Part shown: in pieces, positions 1-10,247 of the stretch
How positions within the stretch are numbered: position 1 is the stretch's first letter
How the letters are laid out: every line of letters begins with the position of its first letter
DNA from: an uncultured virus (IMG/VR IMGVR_UViG_3300034021_000643)
Lineage: Duplodnaviria; Heunggongvirae; Uroviricota; Caudoviricetes
DNA length: 58,817 nucleotides
IMG/VR virus record: IMGVR_UViG_3300034021_000643
Direction: 5' to 3' (one strand)
Position numbers and translations under genes: made by a program
The notes under the pieces: model-generated
What the model was told of the DNA's origin: nothing
Seen by the model: the letters and a program-made list of their open reading frames with translations, nothing else
Databases searched by the model: none

Positions 1-2
1 TC

Positions 3-575
3 TACGAAATGCCTGAAATGATACAAGTAGCAGAGTGGCATCACAATACCACGCCTGTGCAGCAACAGGTCAGAGTCTTGAGAGAAATACTAAAATACAT
101 ACATGACAGAGGCGAAGAACGAGGCGGTGCACCTATCATGTATTACAGTGTTGAAAATAATACAATAGGTGAATCTGCTCTGATAGTTATCAACGATATA
201 GGCGAAGAAAACTTTCATGGACTGTTTCTTAGTGAGCCCATCCGCAAAGGACACATACGCAAGTTCCGTAAAGGATTTAATACCACGCACAGAAGTAAAA
301 TATCTGCTTGCAGTCAACTAAAAAACATGATCGAAAATCACAAGATGACTATCAACAGCAAACCGTTGATATCTGAGCTAAAAACATATATTGCTTCAGG
401 GCTGGGTTTTAAAGCCAAGAGTGGAGAACATGACGATTTAGTCAGTTCAACACTGTTAATCATGCGCATGGCAGATGTGTTAGCGGACTGGGATCCGCAG
501 ATCTACGATAAAATGACAGAAAAAATCACCGATGAATCCATGCCTATGCCGATCTTTGTCAGTATGGGTCTTTGA
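3..575 (+). CDS. gp17: Terminase large subunit, C-terminal RNase H-like nuclease domain (5'-truncated by window)
   Basis: VENNTIG motif and C-terminal 'KAKSGEHDDLV' typical of T4-like gp17; frame is open to the window edge. Confidence 0.88.
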   Translation, partial: YEMPEMIQVAEWHHNTTPVQQQVRVLREILKYIHDRGEERGGAPIMYYSVENNTIGESALIVINDIGEENFHGLFLSEPIRKGHIRKFRKGFNTTHRSKISACSQLKNMIENHKMTINSKPLISELKTYIASGLGFKAKSGEHDDLVSSTLLIMRMADVLADWDPQIYDKMTEKITDESMPMPIFVSMGL

Positions 576-581
576 TAAATA
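576..581 (+). promoter_or_regulatory. T4-like late promoter core (TAAATA)
   Basis: gaTAAATA 5 nt before ATG 587; the same core lies before genes at 6149, 12398, 17066, 27181, 32595, 33674, 35817, 55752, 56071, 58079 (+) and 12428, 36500, 37783, 41591, 55704 (-). Confidence 0.7.
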
Positions 582-586
582 TACTT

Positions 587-2479
587 ATGGACGCAACAAA
601 CAACATAGCCACCGATTTATTCTACAAAGTACGCAGCCGCTTCTCTGGGCTGAAATTAGGTGCCGAAACCGGTGAGATAACCATCAATCCGGAACAGGCA
701 AGATTCTTTGATTTTGACTACACAGAAGGCCAGAATCCCATAGGGCATGTCAGCATCAGTCTTGCTGAACCCAACTCCATGAAAGTGTATTTTTCCAATG
801 GAATTACCGAAGGCATGGATGATGGACAAAAAACAAATTGGTACGGATTCTTAAAAGAACTGCGTCAATTTGCCAAACGCAGATTATTGAGTTTTGACAC
901 CAGAGACATTGCCAAAGACAATCTTGACAAACGAGATTATCAATTCCTTAGTCAGAACGCACAACCTAAACCACAGACAAATACGATACAAAAACCAGTT
1001 GGAGAAAGCACAATGAGTGAAAACATAATGAGCGAAAGCTCAATGTATGGTAGCAAAACAATGAGCTATCAAAAATTAATGGACACACGTTTGATCATTA
1101 AACATAATCAAGCAGTGATGGATGACACACAACCAGGTTCTAGAACCAGAAATATCGGTGCCTTGTTTGTAGAAAATCAAGACGGTGAAAGATTCAAATA
1201 TCCATTTATTCATCTAGCTGGTGCTAGAGCCATGCAGCGCCATGTGGCCAATGGCGGCCTGCCTTACGATGATCTAGGCAAAAGTATTACGCAAATGAGC
1301 GAAGAAATTGCACAGTTGAAAAGTTTTGGTAACTATGTGGTCCGTAACGATCTAATGAATTCCGAAACCAACTCAGTGGTCGAAAGAAGCACAGAATATC
1401 TAAATCATCTTAGAGAACAGATCAAGGCATTGAGCAAACAAAGTCACTACGAGGCTTACAGAGAATCATTCCAGGCAAACCCCAACGAGGAAATACCTCA
1501 AGACGTGGTAGAAGATTTTAAACAAAAATTCACAGTCAGATCGTTTAAAGAAGATATTGCAACTGTGTTTCCGGTCTTATACAGACTAATGAAAGAAGGA
1601 AGCACTATAGGCTATGACGACATAGTCGCTATGACACAAGAAGAAATCAACAACGAAGACCTTACAGTTGAAACAGAAGACAATGACCCATTTGCTCAAT
1701 TTGAAAATTGGGTAATGGCACTAGGCGAAGAAAGTGCGGTAACCAGTGAAGATCCTGAAGAGCAGGCAGCAGCATTACAGGGACTACAAGAACTTGTAGG
1801 ACAACACTTCCCAGCAGGTGTCGATGGAACCAACGCCATTGAAAGTCTTAAAGGATTAATCGAAGATCCAGAATTGTATAAAAGAATCAAAGAACAGGCA
1901 GCACAAGATCCAGATGCATGTGTAAGACCATTGGTCAAAGATTGGTTGGAATTCAATGCACCTGAAACACTAGAACAGTTGGATTTTGGCGATATGGTAG
2001 ATGACCCGGAAGCGACCCAGGGAGTTGATCAAACTGCTCCGGAAGCGGAACCAGCACCAGTTGATCCAGCGGCAGCGGTTGCGCCTGCACAAGAGCCATT
2101 GCCGCGAGAAGCTGTGGATCCCGACAATCCAAGAGACTACGAAAGACCAGCAGTAGATAGAAAAAAAGCAGGCCAGTCACCGTTAACTATGAAAGATGTA
2201 GAATACAAAGACGACAAACCCAAACGTGATTTTGAAAAGAGAAAAGAAAGATTAAACACCGAAGAGTTAGCAGAGTTTATCACATCATTTTATGATCGTG
2301 ACACAGGCACATTTCCCAAAGGCCCAGAAGGTGTTGCTATTATGGTAGGCAAGAAGTTTGGCGAACAGGCAGAACAAGTTGCTCGTAAATTTGTAGAACG
2401 TATGGCACCACAGCAGAGTACCGATCAAAATCCAGAACTTCAAGAACTATCACGCATTAGAGAATTAGCAGGCTATTAA
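587..2479 (+). CDS. Large acidic phage protein, possibly head-associated
   Basis: 630-aa ORF after a late promoter; acidic; ends ELSRIRELAGY; followed by a terminator. Confidence 0.7.
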   Translation: MDATNNIATDLFYKVRSRFSGLKLGAETGEITINPEQARFFDFDYTEGQNPIGHVSISLAEPNSMKVYFSNGITEGMDDGQKTNWYGFLKELRQFAKRRLLSFDTRDIAKDNLDKRDYQFLSQNAQPKPQTNTIQKPVGESTMSENIMSESSMYGSKTMSYQKLMDTRLIIKHNQAVMDDTQPGSRTRNIGALFVENQDGERFKYPFIHLAGARAMQRHVANGGLPYDDLGKSITQMSEEIAQLKSFGNYVVRNDLMNSETNSVVERSTEYLNHLREQIKALSKQSHYEAYRESFQANPNEEIPQDVVEDFKQKFTVRSFKEDIATVFPVLYRLMKEGSTIGYDDIVAMTQEEINNEDLTVETEDNDPFAQFENWVMALGEESAVTSEDPEEQAAALQGLQELVGQHFPAGVDGTNAIESLKGLIEDPELYKRIKEQAAQDPDACVRPLVKDWLEFNAPETLEQLDFGDMVDDPEATQGVDQTAPEAEPAPVDPAAAVAPAQEPLPREAVDPDNPRDYERPAVDRKKAGQSPLTMKDVEYKDDKPKRDFEKRKERLNTEELAEFITSFYDRDTGTFPKGPEGVAIMVGKKFGEQAEQVARKFVERMAPQQSTDQNPELQELSRIRELAGY

Positions 2480-2500
2480 AAGTTTCGTCGCAGTTAGATT

Positions 2501-2525
2501 GGGCACTTAGGTGCCCTTTCTTTTT
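2501..2525 (+). terminator. Rho-independent terminator
   Basis: gggcac-ttag-gtgccc followed by a T-run. Confidence 0.85.
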
Positions 2526-2631
2526 GGCGAAATGAAATCAAACTTTTATGTAAACGTTTAGTCTTATTAAAGCGTTATATATATACGTAGGGAATATTCT
2601 TTGCGTAAAACAACCTAAAGGAAACTTTAAA

Positions 2632-2829
2632 ATGAAATCAGTAATCGCAATCATTGTATCAGCATTTGCAGTATCAGCATTTGCACAAGCACCTGCTGCA
2701 CCTGCTAAGAAAGAAGAAGCTAAACCAGCTGCATCTGCTCCTGCAAAGGCAGCAACGCCTGCAAAAAGTGAACCTGCTAAGAAAGAGCCAGCTAAAGCAG
2801 ACGCAAAAGCCGCTACTCCAGCGAAGTAA
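2632..2829 (+). CDS. Small secreted Ala/Pro/Lys-rich protein with signal peptide
   Basis: RBS aaagga; MKSVIAIIVSAFAVSAFA-Q signal peptide; low-complexity mature part. Confidence 0.75.
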   Translation: MKSVIAIIVSAFAVSAFAQAPAAPAKKEEAKPAASAPAKAATPAKSEPAKKEPAKADAKAATPAK

Positions 2830-2987
2830 TTTCGGGTTAGACGATAGTGACTTCGTTGTTGATGATGAAGTCACATTTGGTCGTAATCTAAAGGCTCGAG
2901 ACTTTGGTAAGGTAGTTGATGATGACTTATCAGAGTATGTAAAATTTAGATTATGGCTAGCTAGGCAACGAGCCATGGCAGCATATA

Positions 2988-3019
2988 AGAAAAAGTGGGC
3001 CTGACCCGCTTTTTCTTTT
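2988..3019 (+). terminator. Probable bidirectional terminator
   Basis: aagaaaaagtggg-cctga-cccgctttttctt inverted repeat with A/T tails. Confidence 0.65.
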
Positions 3020-3138
3020 GGTAAGATAAATCAAAAAATACGTAGATAATCGTTGACCTTGATAAATAAAAAGCGCATAATAAAACATGTGCATAAGGCA
3101 TATAAACATTTTAGGCATAACACAAGGAGGCATTTAAA

Positions 3139-4107
3139 ATGGCAACATTATCAGAAATCCGTGCTAAACTTCAAGAAGCACAATCAAAGTCCACAGGACA
3201 ATCCACTGGCGGTGGAGACAACGCAATTTACCCACACTGGAATATGCAAGAAGGCAAAGAAGCCGTTGTACGTTTCTTACCTGATGGCAATCCTAACAAC
3301 ACATTCTTCTGGGTAGAACGTGCGATGATCAAATTGCCATTCGCTGGCATCAAAGGTGAAACAGACAGCAGAGCAGTGCAGGTACAAGTTCCCTGTGTGG
3401 AAATGTATAACGACGGCACAGCATGTCCAATCCTATCAGAAGTGCGTGGTTGGTTTAAAGATAAATCATTGGAAGAAATGGGTCGTAAATATTGGAAAAA
3501 GCGTTCATACATTTTCCAAGGCTTTGTGGTTGAAGATCCACTCAAGGAAGATAAACTTCCAGACAACCCTATCCGTAGATTTATTATCGGACCTCAGATC
3601 TATGCTATCATCCGTTCAGCGTTGATGGATCCGGAATTGGATGAGTTGCCAACAGACTATCTGAAAGGTCTCGACTTCCGTATTGCCAAGACATCAAAAG
3701 GTGGCTTTGCTGACTACTCTACATCAAAGTGGAGCCGACGTGAGCGTTCACTGACAGATGTTGAATCAGCGGCAGTAGAGTCACATGGTCTTTTTGATCT
3801 CAGCGGCTTCTTGCCAAAGAAACCCACTGATGTTGAACTTAAAGTCATGAAAGAAATGTTTGAAGCTTCTGTAGATGGTGAAGCCTATGACATGGAACGT
3901 TGGGGACAATATTTTAAACCAGCAGGCATGAGCCAAGCCACTGGTGATCCTAATAGACCAACGGCTGTTGCTGCTCCTATTGCAGATGCAGATGACGAAC
4001 CAGCTCCTGTAGTTAAGGCCGCTCCAGCAGCCGCTCCGGCAGCTTCAACAGAATCTGCTAGTCGTGCGCAAGACATTCTTGCCATGATTCGCAATCGTCA
4101 GAAGTAA
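3139..4107 (+). CDS. gp32: Single-stranded DNA-binding protein (T4 gp32-like)
   Basis: AVVRFLP, CPIL, YWKKRSY motifs; strong RBS aaggagg; upstream TTGACC-N17-CATAAT (3053-3081); next to UvsX. Confidence 0.88.
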   Translation: MATLSEIRAKLQEAQSKSTGQSTGGGDNAIYPHWNMQEGKEAVVRFLPDGNPNNTFFWVERAMIKLPFAGIKGETDSRAVQVQVPCVEMYNDGTACPILSEVRGWFKDKSLEEMGRKYWKKRSYIFQGFVVEDPLKEDKLPDNPIRRFIIGPQIYAIIRSALMDPELDELPTDYLKGLDFRIAKTSKGGFADYSTSKWSRRERSLTDVESAAVESHGLFDLSGFLPKKPTDVELKVMKEMFEASVDGEAYDMERWGQYFKPAGMSQATGDPNRPTAVAAPIADADDEPAPVVKAAPAAAPAASTESASRAQDILAMIRNRQK

Positions 4108-4120
4108 TTAGACTAAACAT

Positions 4121-4150
4121 AGAGTGCGAGGCAATCTCGCACTCTCTTTC
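4121..4150 (+). terminator. Hairpin/terminator after gp32
   Basis: agagtgcgag-gcaat-ctcgcactct 10-bp perfect stem, followed by ctttc. Confidence 0.65.
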
Positions 4151-4168
4151 ATTTCTAGGAAAATAATA

Positions 4169-4360
4169 ATGGCAAAACTAACTAAATTAACAAAAGTGAG
4201 CGAATCAATCACGATCAATCGTTATGATAATGCTTGGATGGTTGAAATTAGCGGGCGTGATAAAAAAGAAGAATGGAAGAATTCTAAAACAGTCTGCAAC
4301 ACAGAAGAAGAATTAATTGCGTTAATCAAAGAATACAACGCAATGGACCTGGACAATTAA
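4169..4360 (+). CDS. Hypothetical protein
   Basis: RBS agga then ATG 4169; abuts uvsX. Confidence 0.7.
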   Translation: MAKLTKLTKVSESITINRYDNAWMVEISGRDKKEEWKNSKTVCNTEEELIALIKEYNAMDLDN

Positions 4361-4361
4361 T

Positions 4362-5441
4362 ATGGCAAAAGCATTTGATATTTCTAAATTTAGAAAGTCA
4401 ATTACTAAATCTATTGACGGTTTAAGTATTGGCTTTAACGACCCAACTGATTGGGTCAGTACAAACAACTATGCATTAAATTATCTTATTAGCGGAGACT
4501 TTAAACGTGGTATTCCGCTAGGTAAAGTTACAGTATTTGCAGGCGAAAGTGGCGCAGGTAAGAGTTTTATCTGTTCAGGCAATCTAGTTAAGAATGCACA
4601 AGCACAAGGTATCTTTCCGATCTTGATTGATACAGAAAATGCGCTTGACGAGAAATGGTTACACGCACTTGAAGTTGATACAAGTCCAGATAAGTTGTTG
4701 AAACTTAACATGGCCATGATTGACGATGTGGCAAAAACTATTACAGAATTTGTTGCAGAATACAAGACAATGCCAGAAGACGAGCGTCCTAAAGTATTGT
4801 TCATCATTGACAGTCTTGGAATGTTACTGACTCCCACTGATGTTAACCAGTTTCAAGCCGGGGATCTCAAAGGTGACATGGGCCGTAAACCTAAAGCACT
4901 CACAGCACTGGTTCGTAATTGTGTAAACATGTTTGGTAGTCTAGGTATTGGTCTAGTCGCAACCAATCACACATACGCAAGCCAAGACATGTTTGATCCA
5001 GACGACAAGATCAGTGGCGGTCAAGGCTTTATCTACGCCAGTTCAATCGTGGTTGCCATGCGTAAATTGAAACTGAAACTCGATGCTGATGGCAACAAGA
5101 CCACAACTGTGCAAGGTATTCGTGCTGCTTGTAAGATCATGAAAACTCGTTATGCAAAGCCGTTTGAAAGTGTGCAGGTCGAGATTCCTTATGAAACAGG
5201 TATGAGTCCATATAGTGGATTAGTCGACCTGTTCGAAGCCAAAGGCATGCTCAAGAAAGAAGGTAACAGCCTTGTCTACACTACCAAAGACGGCGAGATC
5301 ATCAAGCAGTTCCGCAAGGCTTGGGAACGTAATGAGAAAGACGGCCTAGACATTGCCATGGAAGATATTTCCAAACATGGTGAAATTTCCACATCTGAGA
5401 TAACTACTACAGTTGAACCAGACTTGGAGGAAGCACAATGA
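4362..5441 (+). CDS. uvsX: RecA-like recombinase UvsX
   Basis: Walker A GESGAGKS, IDTENALD, IIDSLG, SGGQG motifs. Confidence 0.93.
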   Translation: MAKAFDISKFRKSITKSIDGLSIGFNDPTDWVSTNNYALNYLISGDFKRGIPLGKVTVFAGESGAGKSFICSGNLVKNAQAQGIFPILIDTENALDEKWLHALEVDTSPDKLLKLNMAMIDDVAKTITEFVAEYKTMPEDERPKVLFIIDSLGMLLTPTDVNQFQAGDLKGDMGRKPKALTALVRNCVNMFGSLGIGLVATNHTYASQDMFDPDDKISGGQGFIYASSIVVAMRKLKLKLDADGNKTTTVQGIRAACKIMKTRYAKPFESVQVEIPYETGMSPYSGLVDLFEAKGMLKKEGNSLVYTTKDGEIIKQFRKAWERNEKDGLDIAMEDISKHGEISTSEITTTVEPDLEEAQ

Positions 5442-5671
5442 AAGAAGATTTAATCGCTGACCTGTGGCACGTGGTAATTGGACATATTCCTGAAAAACAA
5501 AGACCGGATGTGGCCACTGATTTTGTAAACACATTGCTTGACTACGGTATCAAAGAAAGTGTGTTAGACAGTTTGCAAGGAGTAGATCCTTTTCTTGACG
5601 AAGCTATCACATACGCCATCGACGGTGAAGAGATCGAAGAAGATGTAGACAGCTACGACGAAGAGGAATAA
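5438..5671 (+). CDS. Hypothetical acidic protein
   Basis: ATGA overlap with uvsX. Confidence 0.7.
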   Translation: MKEDLIADLWHVVIGHIPEKQRPDVATDFVNTLLDYGIKESVLDSLQGVDPFLDEAITYAIDGEEIEEDVDSYDEEE

Positions 5672-6127
5672 ATGAATTGGTACGACAAGGTTAGTAAAGA
5701 TATAAGCAACATTCCAGATGCTGCGGCCTATTATGAAGCTGAGTTAATCGAAGCAAAACAAGATGTCCGCATAGCGGGTAACATCGAGAAGGCAAGTTCG
5801 CAGATGCCCGGCATTGTGGAAGAACGCTTTAATCAACTTCAAGAAATTGAAGGTATCCTTGAATACTTAAATATTGAACTTCGTAGACTTCGCAGTCAAC
5901 ATTTTCGCAAGTATCTCGAAAATTATCAACGAGCTTTATCTTCAAGGGACTGTGAAAAGTTCGTTGAAGGTGAAGCTGACGTTGTAGACTTTGAAAAAAT
6001 TATCAACGATTTCGCTCTTCTACGCAACAAATGGCTGGGCATTATCAAAGCACTTGACCAAAAACAATGGCATCTCAGCAACATTGTTAAACTACGAGTA
6101 TCTGGACTAGAAGACGCCAGTCTTTAA
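5672..6127 (+). CDS. uvsY: Recombination mediator UvsY-like
   Basis: Helical 151 aa ending 'IIKALDQKQWHLSNIVKLR', similar to the UvsY C-terminus; near uvsX. Confidence 0.7.
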   Translation: MNWYDKVSKDISNIPDAAAYYEAELIEAKQDVRIAGNIEKASSQMPGIVEERFNQLQEIEGILEYLNIELRRLRSQHFRKYLENYQRALSSRDCEKFVEGEADVVDFEKIINDFALLRNKWLGIIKALDQKQWHLSNIVKLRVSGLEDASL

Positions 6128-6159
6128 ATACTAGATAATATACGCAGATAAATATCTGC

Positions 6160-6921
6160 ATGAAAATCGTTTTAATTACTGGTGGATTTGATCCCCTACA
6201 TTCCGGGCACATTGCCTACTTCAAAGCTGCAAAAACTCTAGGAGACATGTTAATTGTTGGATTAAATTCTGACGATTGGCTTGTCCGTAAAAAAGGCGCG
6301 GCCTTTATGCCGTGGAACGAACGACTGTGCATCATCAATAATCTATCGATGGTTGACGAAGTTTATACCTTTAATGACGATGACGGATCAGCAAAACATT
6401 TTATTCAACAAGTGCGAGCACATTATCCCGATGCCAAACTGATATTTGCCAATGGCGGCGATAGGACCAAAGATAACATTCCAGAGATGGATGTTGTAGA
6501 TTCCAATTTGTCATTTGTATTTGGTGTGGGCGGCGAAAATAAAATGAATTCTAGTTCGTGGATTCTTCAAGAATGGAAGGCTCCTAAGACCGGTAGGGCC
6601 TGGGGATACTATCGTGTCTTGCATGAACAAGGTCAAGAAGTCAAAGTCAAAGAACTTACGGTATTACCTAAAACCTGTCTCAGCATGCAACGCCATCAAA
6701 ATCGAGCAGAACATTGGTTCGTGTCTGAAGGCATCGCTACAGTCTATACTGTTGACCAATCTACAGACATGGATCTGCTAGGTGAATTTACTCGATTTCA
6801 ACATATACACATCAACAAGCATCAATGGCATAAGTTATGCAACGAAACCGATCAGCCTCTGAAAGTTGTAGAAATACAATACGGAGATCAGTGCATAGAA
6901 GAGGATATAGAAAGAAAATGA
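6160..6921 (+). CDS. Cytidylyltransferase (RfaE/TagD-like) fused to a mannose-6-P-isomerase-type cupin
   Basis: GGFDPLHSGH (HxGH) N-domain; C-domain 'RAWGYY..LSMQRHQNRAEHW..VEIQYG..EEDIER'. Confidence 0.85.
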   Translation: MKIVLITGGFDPLHSGHIAYFKAAKTLGDMLIVGLNSDDWLVRKKGAAFMPWNERLCIINNLSMVDEVYTFNDDDGSAKHFIQQVRAHYPDAKLIFANGGDRTKDNIPEMDVVDSNLSFVFGVGGENKMNSSSWILQEWKAPKTGRAWGYYRVLHEQGQEVKVKELTVLPKTCLSMQRHQNRAEHWFVSEGIATVYTVDQSTDMDLLGEFTRFQHIHINKHQWHKLCNETDQPLKVVEIQYGDQCIEEDIERK

Positions 6922-7598
6922 TTCCAATTTTTATTGGGTATGATCCCCGAGAAGCCATAGCATACCATGTGTGTTCAAACAGTATTATTAGACATTCTAG
7001 TCATCCAGTGAGTATTAACCCGTTGGCATTGAACATATTAAAAGACTACGAAGAAAAACACACCGACGGTAGTAATCATTTTATCTACAGTCGCTTCCTT
7101 GTTCCACACTTAATGCAATATAAAGGTTGGGCAATATTCATGGACGGCGATATGTTATTGCGTGACGACATTGAAAAACTATGGGCATTAAGAGATAATT
7201 CAAAAGCAGTTATGGTTGTTAAACACGACTACAAAACTAAAATGTCTGAAAAGTATCTTGGTGCCAAGAACGAAGACTATCCTTGTAAAAATTGGTCTAG
7301 TGTGATACTTTGGAACTGTGGGCACCCTGCCAATGCTGTGGTTACTCCGGAGTTTATACAAAATGCCACTGGAGCACAGGTACATAGATTTACATGGCTT
7401 ACTGACGACTTAGTCGGCGAACTTCCAGTAGAATGGAACTGGCTGGATATTGAATACGAGTGGAACCCTCAAGCAAAATTAGTTCACTATACCCTAGGAA
7501 CACCTTGCTTCCATGAATTTTCAGACCAGGGTGATTTCTCCAACGAATGGCATAGAGAAAAAATTTACGTAGATTATTGTCTACAGCACGGTCTATGA
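6918..7598 (+). CDS. Glycosyltransferase (GT-A, GT8-like)
   Basis: IFIGYDPRE, FIYSRFLVP, FMDGDM (DxD), KNWSSV, HYTLGTP. Confidence 0.8.
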   Translation: MIPIFIGYDPREAIAYHVCSNSIIRHSSHPVSINPLALNILKDYEEKHTDGSNHFIYSRFLVPHLMQYKGWAIFMDGDMLLRDDIEKLWALRDNSKAVMVVKHDYKTKMSEKYLGAKNEDYPCKNWSSVILWNCGHPANAVVTPEFIQNATGAQVHRFTWLTDDLVGELPVEWNWLDIEYEWNPQAKLVHYTLGTPCFHEFSDQGDFSNEWHREKIYVDYCLQHGL

Positions 7599-8389
7599 TC
7601 TTTTTAAGCAAAGACGGCAAAGATCCATATATTAACATGTTTGCACAGGGGTGCAACACTAGAACAACTTCAACTGAAGATTTTAATTACAACGACAGTA
7701 TTGATCCTATTGTATTAAGAGGTATACTTAAGAAAAAGTGGATACACCAATGTTGGGAAGATAGTCGTGATTTCTATTATATAGACACGGGATATTTTGG
7801 CAATGAGAGAACTGATTCAAATCCCAATGGTTGGAAAAATTGGCATCGTATAGTAAAGAACAATCTACAACATGGCGAGATCGTGCCAAGAAAAGATGAT
7901 AGATTTAAACATTTTAATAAAAAGTTTCAGCCCTGGAAGAAAGATGGAAGAAAGATACTAGTAGCGAAACCAGATGAAAAACCCATGCGATTCTATGACT
8001 ACAATCTAGATATTTGGTTAGAACATACAGTAAATGAAATAAAAAAATACACAGATAGACCTGTGGTAGTTAGAGAGCGGGCACCTAAAAGATTAGATAG
8101 AACAGTTAACGATACACTAGAACAGGCCCTCAATGATGATGTATTTGCATTAGTTACATTCAACAGTGTAGCAGCTACAGAAGCTGTATTCCTTGGAATA
8201 CCTGCATTTACTCTAGCACCGGCTAATGCAGCTAGTCCTGTTAGTTTGCAGGATCTATCTAAAATAAACGAACCTTACTATCCCGACCAAGATAAATTAT
8301 ATGCGTGGGCCTGTCATTTGTCATACGGGCAGTTTCATAATTCAGAATTGAGAAACGGCAAAGCCATGGAGATGTTATTAACATTATGA
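7595..8389 (+). CDS. Putative GT-B/capsule-biosynthesis-like protein (paralog 1)
   Basis: YYIDTGY..WHRIVKN..NSVAATEA..GIP..QF...EL..G motif set shared with 4 neighbours. Confidence 0.6.
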   Translation: MIFLSKDGKDPYINMFAQGCNTRTTSTEDFNYNDSIDPIVLRGILKKKWIHQCWEDSRDFYYIDTGYFGNERTDSNPNGWKNWHRIVKNNLQHGEIVPRKDDRFKHFNKKFQPWKKDGRKILVAKPDEKPMRFYDYNLDIWLEHTVNEIKKYTDRPVVVRERAPKRLDRTVNDTLEQALNDDVFALVTFNSVAATEAVFLGIPAFTLAPANAASPVSLQDLSKINEPYYPDQDKLYAWACHLSYGQFHNSELRNGKAMEMLLTL

Positions 8390-9156
8390 AAGAACTATCT
8401 TTAGAAGAATCTCTGGTCGTAGGGTCGAATCATTTTTGTACTACGGATATGTCCAACATTGATAACCCTATGGTTGTTCGTGGGGTAACAAGCAAAAGCG
8501 AAATAGTAGAGTGCAAAAAGACGAACAGAGATTTTTATTACATAGATACTGGTTATGTAGGTAATTTTCCAAGTGTAGGAAACAAGTCAGGTAAAAAATG
8601 GTGGCACCGAATTGTAAAAAATGATCTACAACATATTACCCCTCAATCAGTTCCCGCCGATCGATGGATCAATCTTCTTAACCAAGATCCTAGATTGAGT
8701 TGGAAAGGCTGGAAACCTTTTAATAAAAAGATATTATTGGTATTGCCGAATCCCAAAGCCTGTAGATATTTTGATATTGATTGTGATACATGGATTAAAG
8801 AAACTACTGAAAAAATAAAAACATATTCTAATTTGCCGATTGAAATCAGGGCGAAAGGATCAAGAAGTGAAAGGGGACATGGATATTCAATTTACGACGC
8901 ATTTAATTCTGGAGTTTACGCCACGGTGTCATTCAACAGCATAGCATCATTGGAAAGTGTGCTATACGGCATCCCGGCATTTGTTTCGGTGCCTTGCGCA
9001 GCCAGCACTCTGGCATCTACCGATCTATCCACACTCGGAAATCCATTCAAACCTTCGACAGAAAATATAACCGAAATGTGTAAGACCTTGGCGTATGGCC
9101 AGTTCACCCAAGAAGAAATTACCAACGGTACAGCCTGGAAAATATTAAATCAATGA
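8386..9156 (+). CDS. Putative GT-B/capsule-biosynthesis-like protein (paralog 2)
   Basis: Same motif set (YYIDTGY, WHRIVKN, NSIASLES..GIP). Confidence 0.6.
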   Translation: MKELSLEESLVVGSNHFCTTDMSNIDNPMVVRGVTSKSEIVECKKTNRDFYYIDTGYVGNFPSVGNKSGKKWWHRIVKNDLQHITPQSVPADRWINLLNQDPRLSWKGWKPFNKKILLVLPNPKACRYFDIDCDTWIKETTEKIKTYSNLPIEIRAKGSRSERGHGYSIYDAFNSGVYATVSFNSIASLESVLYGIPAFVSVPCAASTLASTDLSTLGNPFKPSTENITEMCKTLAYGQFTQEEITNGTAWKILNQ

Positions 9157-10247
9157 AATTACTAGTAAACGACAAAGAACTTGCACACTATCTTATCAGT
9201 CTGATAGATTTAAAAGATCATTGCGCACACATTGAGTTAGATGAGCGTAAAACTGCAGAAGCTATACACTTTATCATCGAAAAAAGAGATCATCATAAAT
9301 TTGATATTGAAAAATTCCGTGATAAGTTTAAAGAAAAACTATGGCGGGGAGTCTCTGCGGATGCTATAGAATGGCGCAGTAAAGTCAACACAGTTTTAGA
9401 AAATTACAGAAAAAATTATTTCGGCCAAATACACAAAAAGGCTGAATACGTGATAGAAAAATTAGGTGCTGAAAATATCATTGACGCCTATATGAATAGT
9501 GATCAACAATATTTTATCAAAACCGTTGGACTACAAATTGATCCCACAGCAACTATGATTCGTCGCAGAGATTTCTTGAACAGCGCAGAAGACTGTCTAT
9601 TACGAAACACAGTAGGCAATGAAAATATCATTGTAGATAAAATTGATAATCATCTTCCGTTCTGGTTCATAGATAGCGGGTATACTAATTTTGTTGAATC
9701 TAATAAAAAATGGCATAGGCTTACAAGAAATCACCTGCATTTTAATAATCAATTTGTTGCACCTGCAGATAGATTGAAAAATTTCACAGAATTTCCTAGA
9801 CCTTGGCGTAACACTGGCAAAAAAATATTAGTGGTAGAGCCCGGCGAGTTTGCAGCCAGCATCATGCATGTAGATGTGGAATCTTGGACCAAACAAATCG
9901 TCGATGAACTGAAAAAACACACAGATAGACCTATAGAAATTAGATCTAAAACTAATAAGAAAACACGCACTAGTCTTTATCAAACACTGCTAGATGGAGA
10001 CTACTATTGCACGGTTAGTATCAATTCAAACAGTGCTGTGGAATCTATCTGGGCAGGCATTCCTGCTATCACTCTTGACAAACATGTTAGTAACTCTGTT
10101 ACTAGAAATAATCTAGCACAGATCAATGATTTATATTATGGCCCGCTTGGCGATTGGCTAGCATGGCTTAGTTATTGTCAGTTTACCTACAATGAACTCA
10201 TGGACGGAACTGCATACAATATAGTAAAGGAATATCACAGTGTCTAA
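9153..10247 (+). CDS. Putative GT-B/capsule-biosynthesis-like protein (paralog 3) with N-terminal extension
   Basis: FIDSGY, WHRLTRN, NSNSAVES..GIP, W..WLSYCQF. Confidence 0.6.
   Translation: MKLLVNDKELAHYLISLIDLKDHCAHIELDERKTAEAIHFIIEKRDHHKFDIEKFRDKFKEKLWRGVSADAIEWRSKVNTVLENYRKNYFGQIHKKAEYVIEKLGAENIIDAYMNSDQQYFIKTVGLQIDPTATMIRRRDFLNSAEDCLLRNTVGNENIIVDKIDNHLPFWFIDSGYTNFVESNKKWHRLTRNHLHFNNQFVAPADRLKNFTEFPRPWRNTGKKILVVEPGEFAASIMHVDVESWTKQIVDELKKHTDRPIEIRSKTNKKTRTSLYQTLLDGDYYCTVSINSNSAVESIWAGIPAITLDKHVSNSVTRNNLAQINDLYYGPLGDWLAWLSYCQFTYNELMDGTAYNIVKEYHSV

Noticed and set aside
4197..4207. GAGCGAATC match to the hairpin core
   Set aside because: Lies inside a coding sequence with no flanking stem; likely chance
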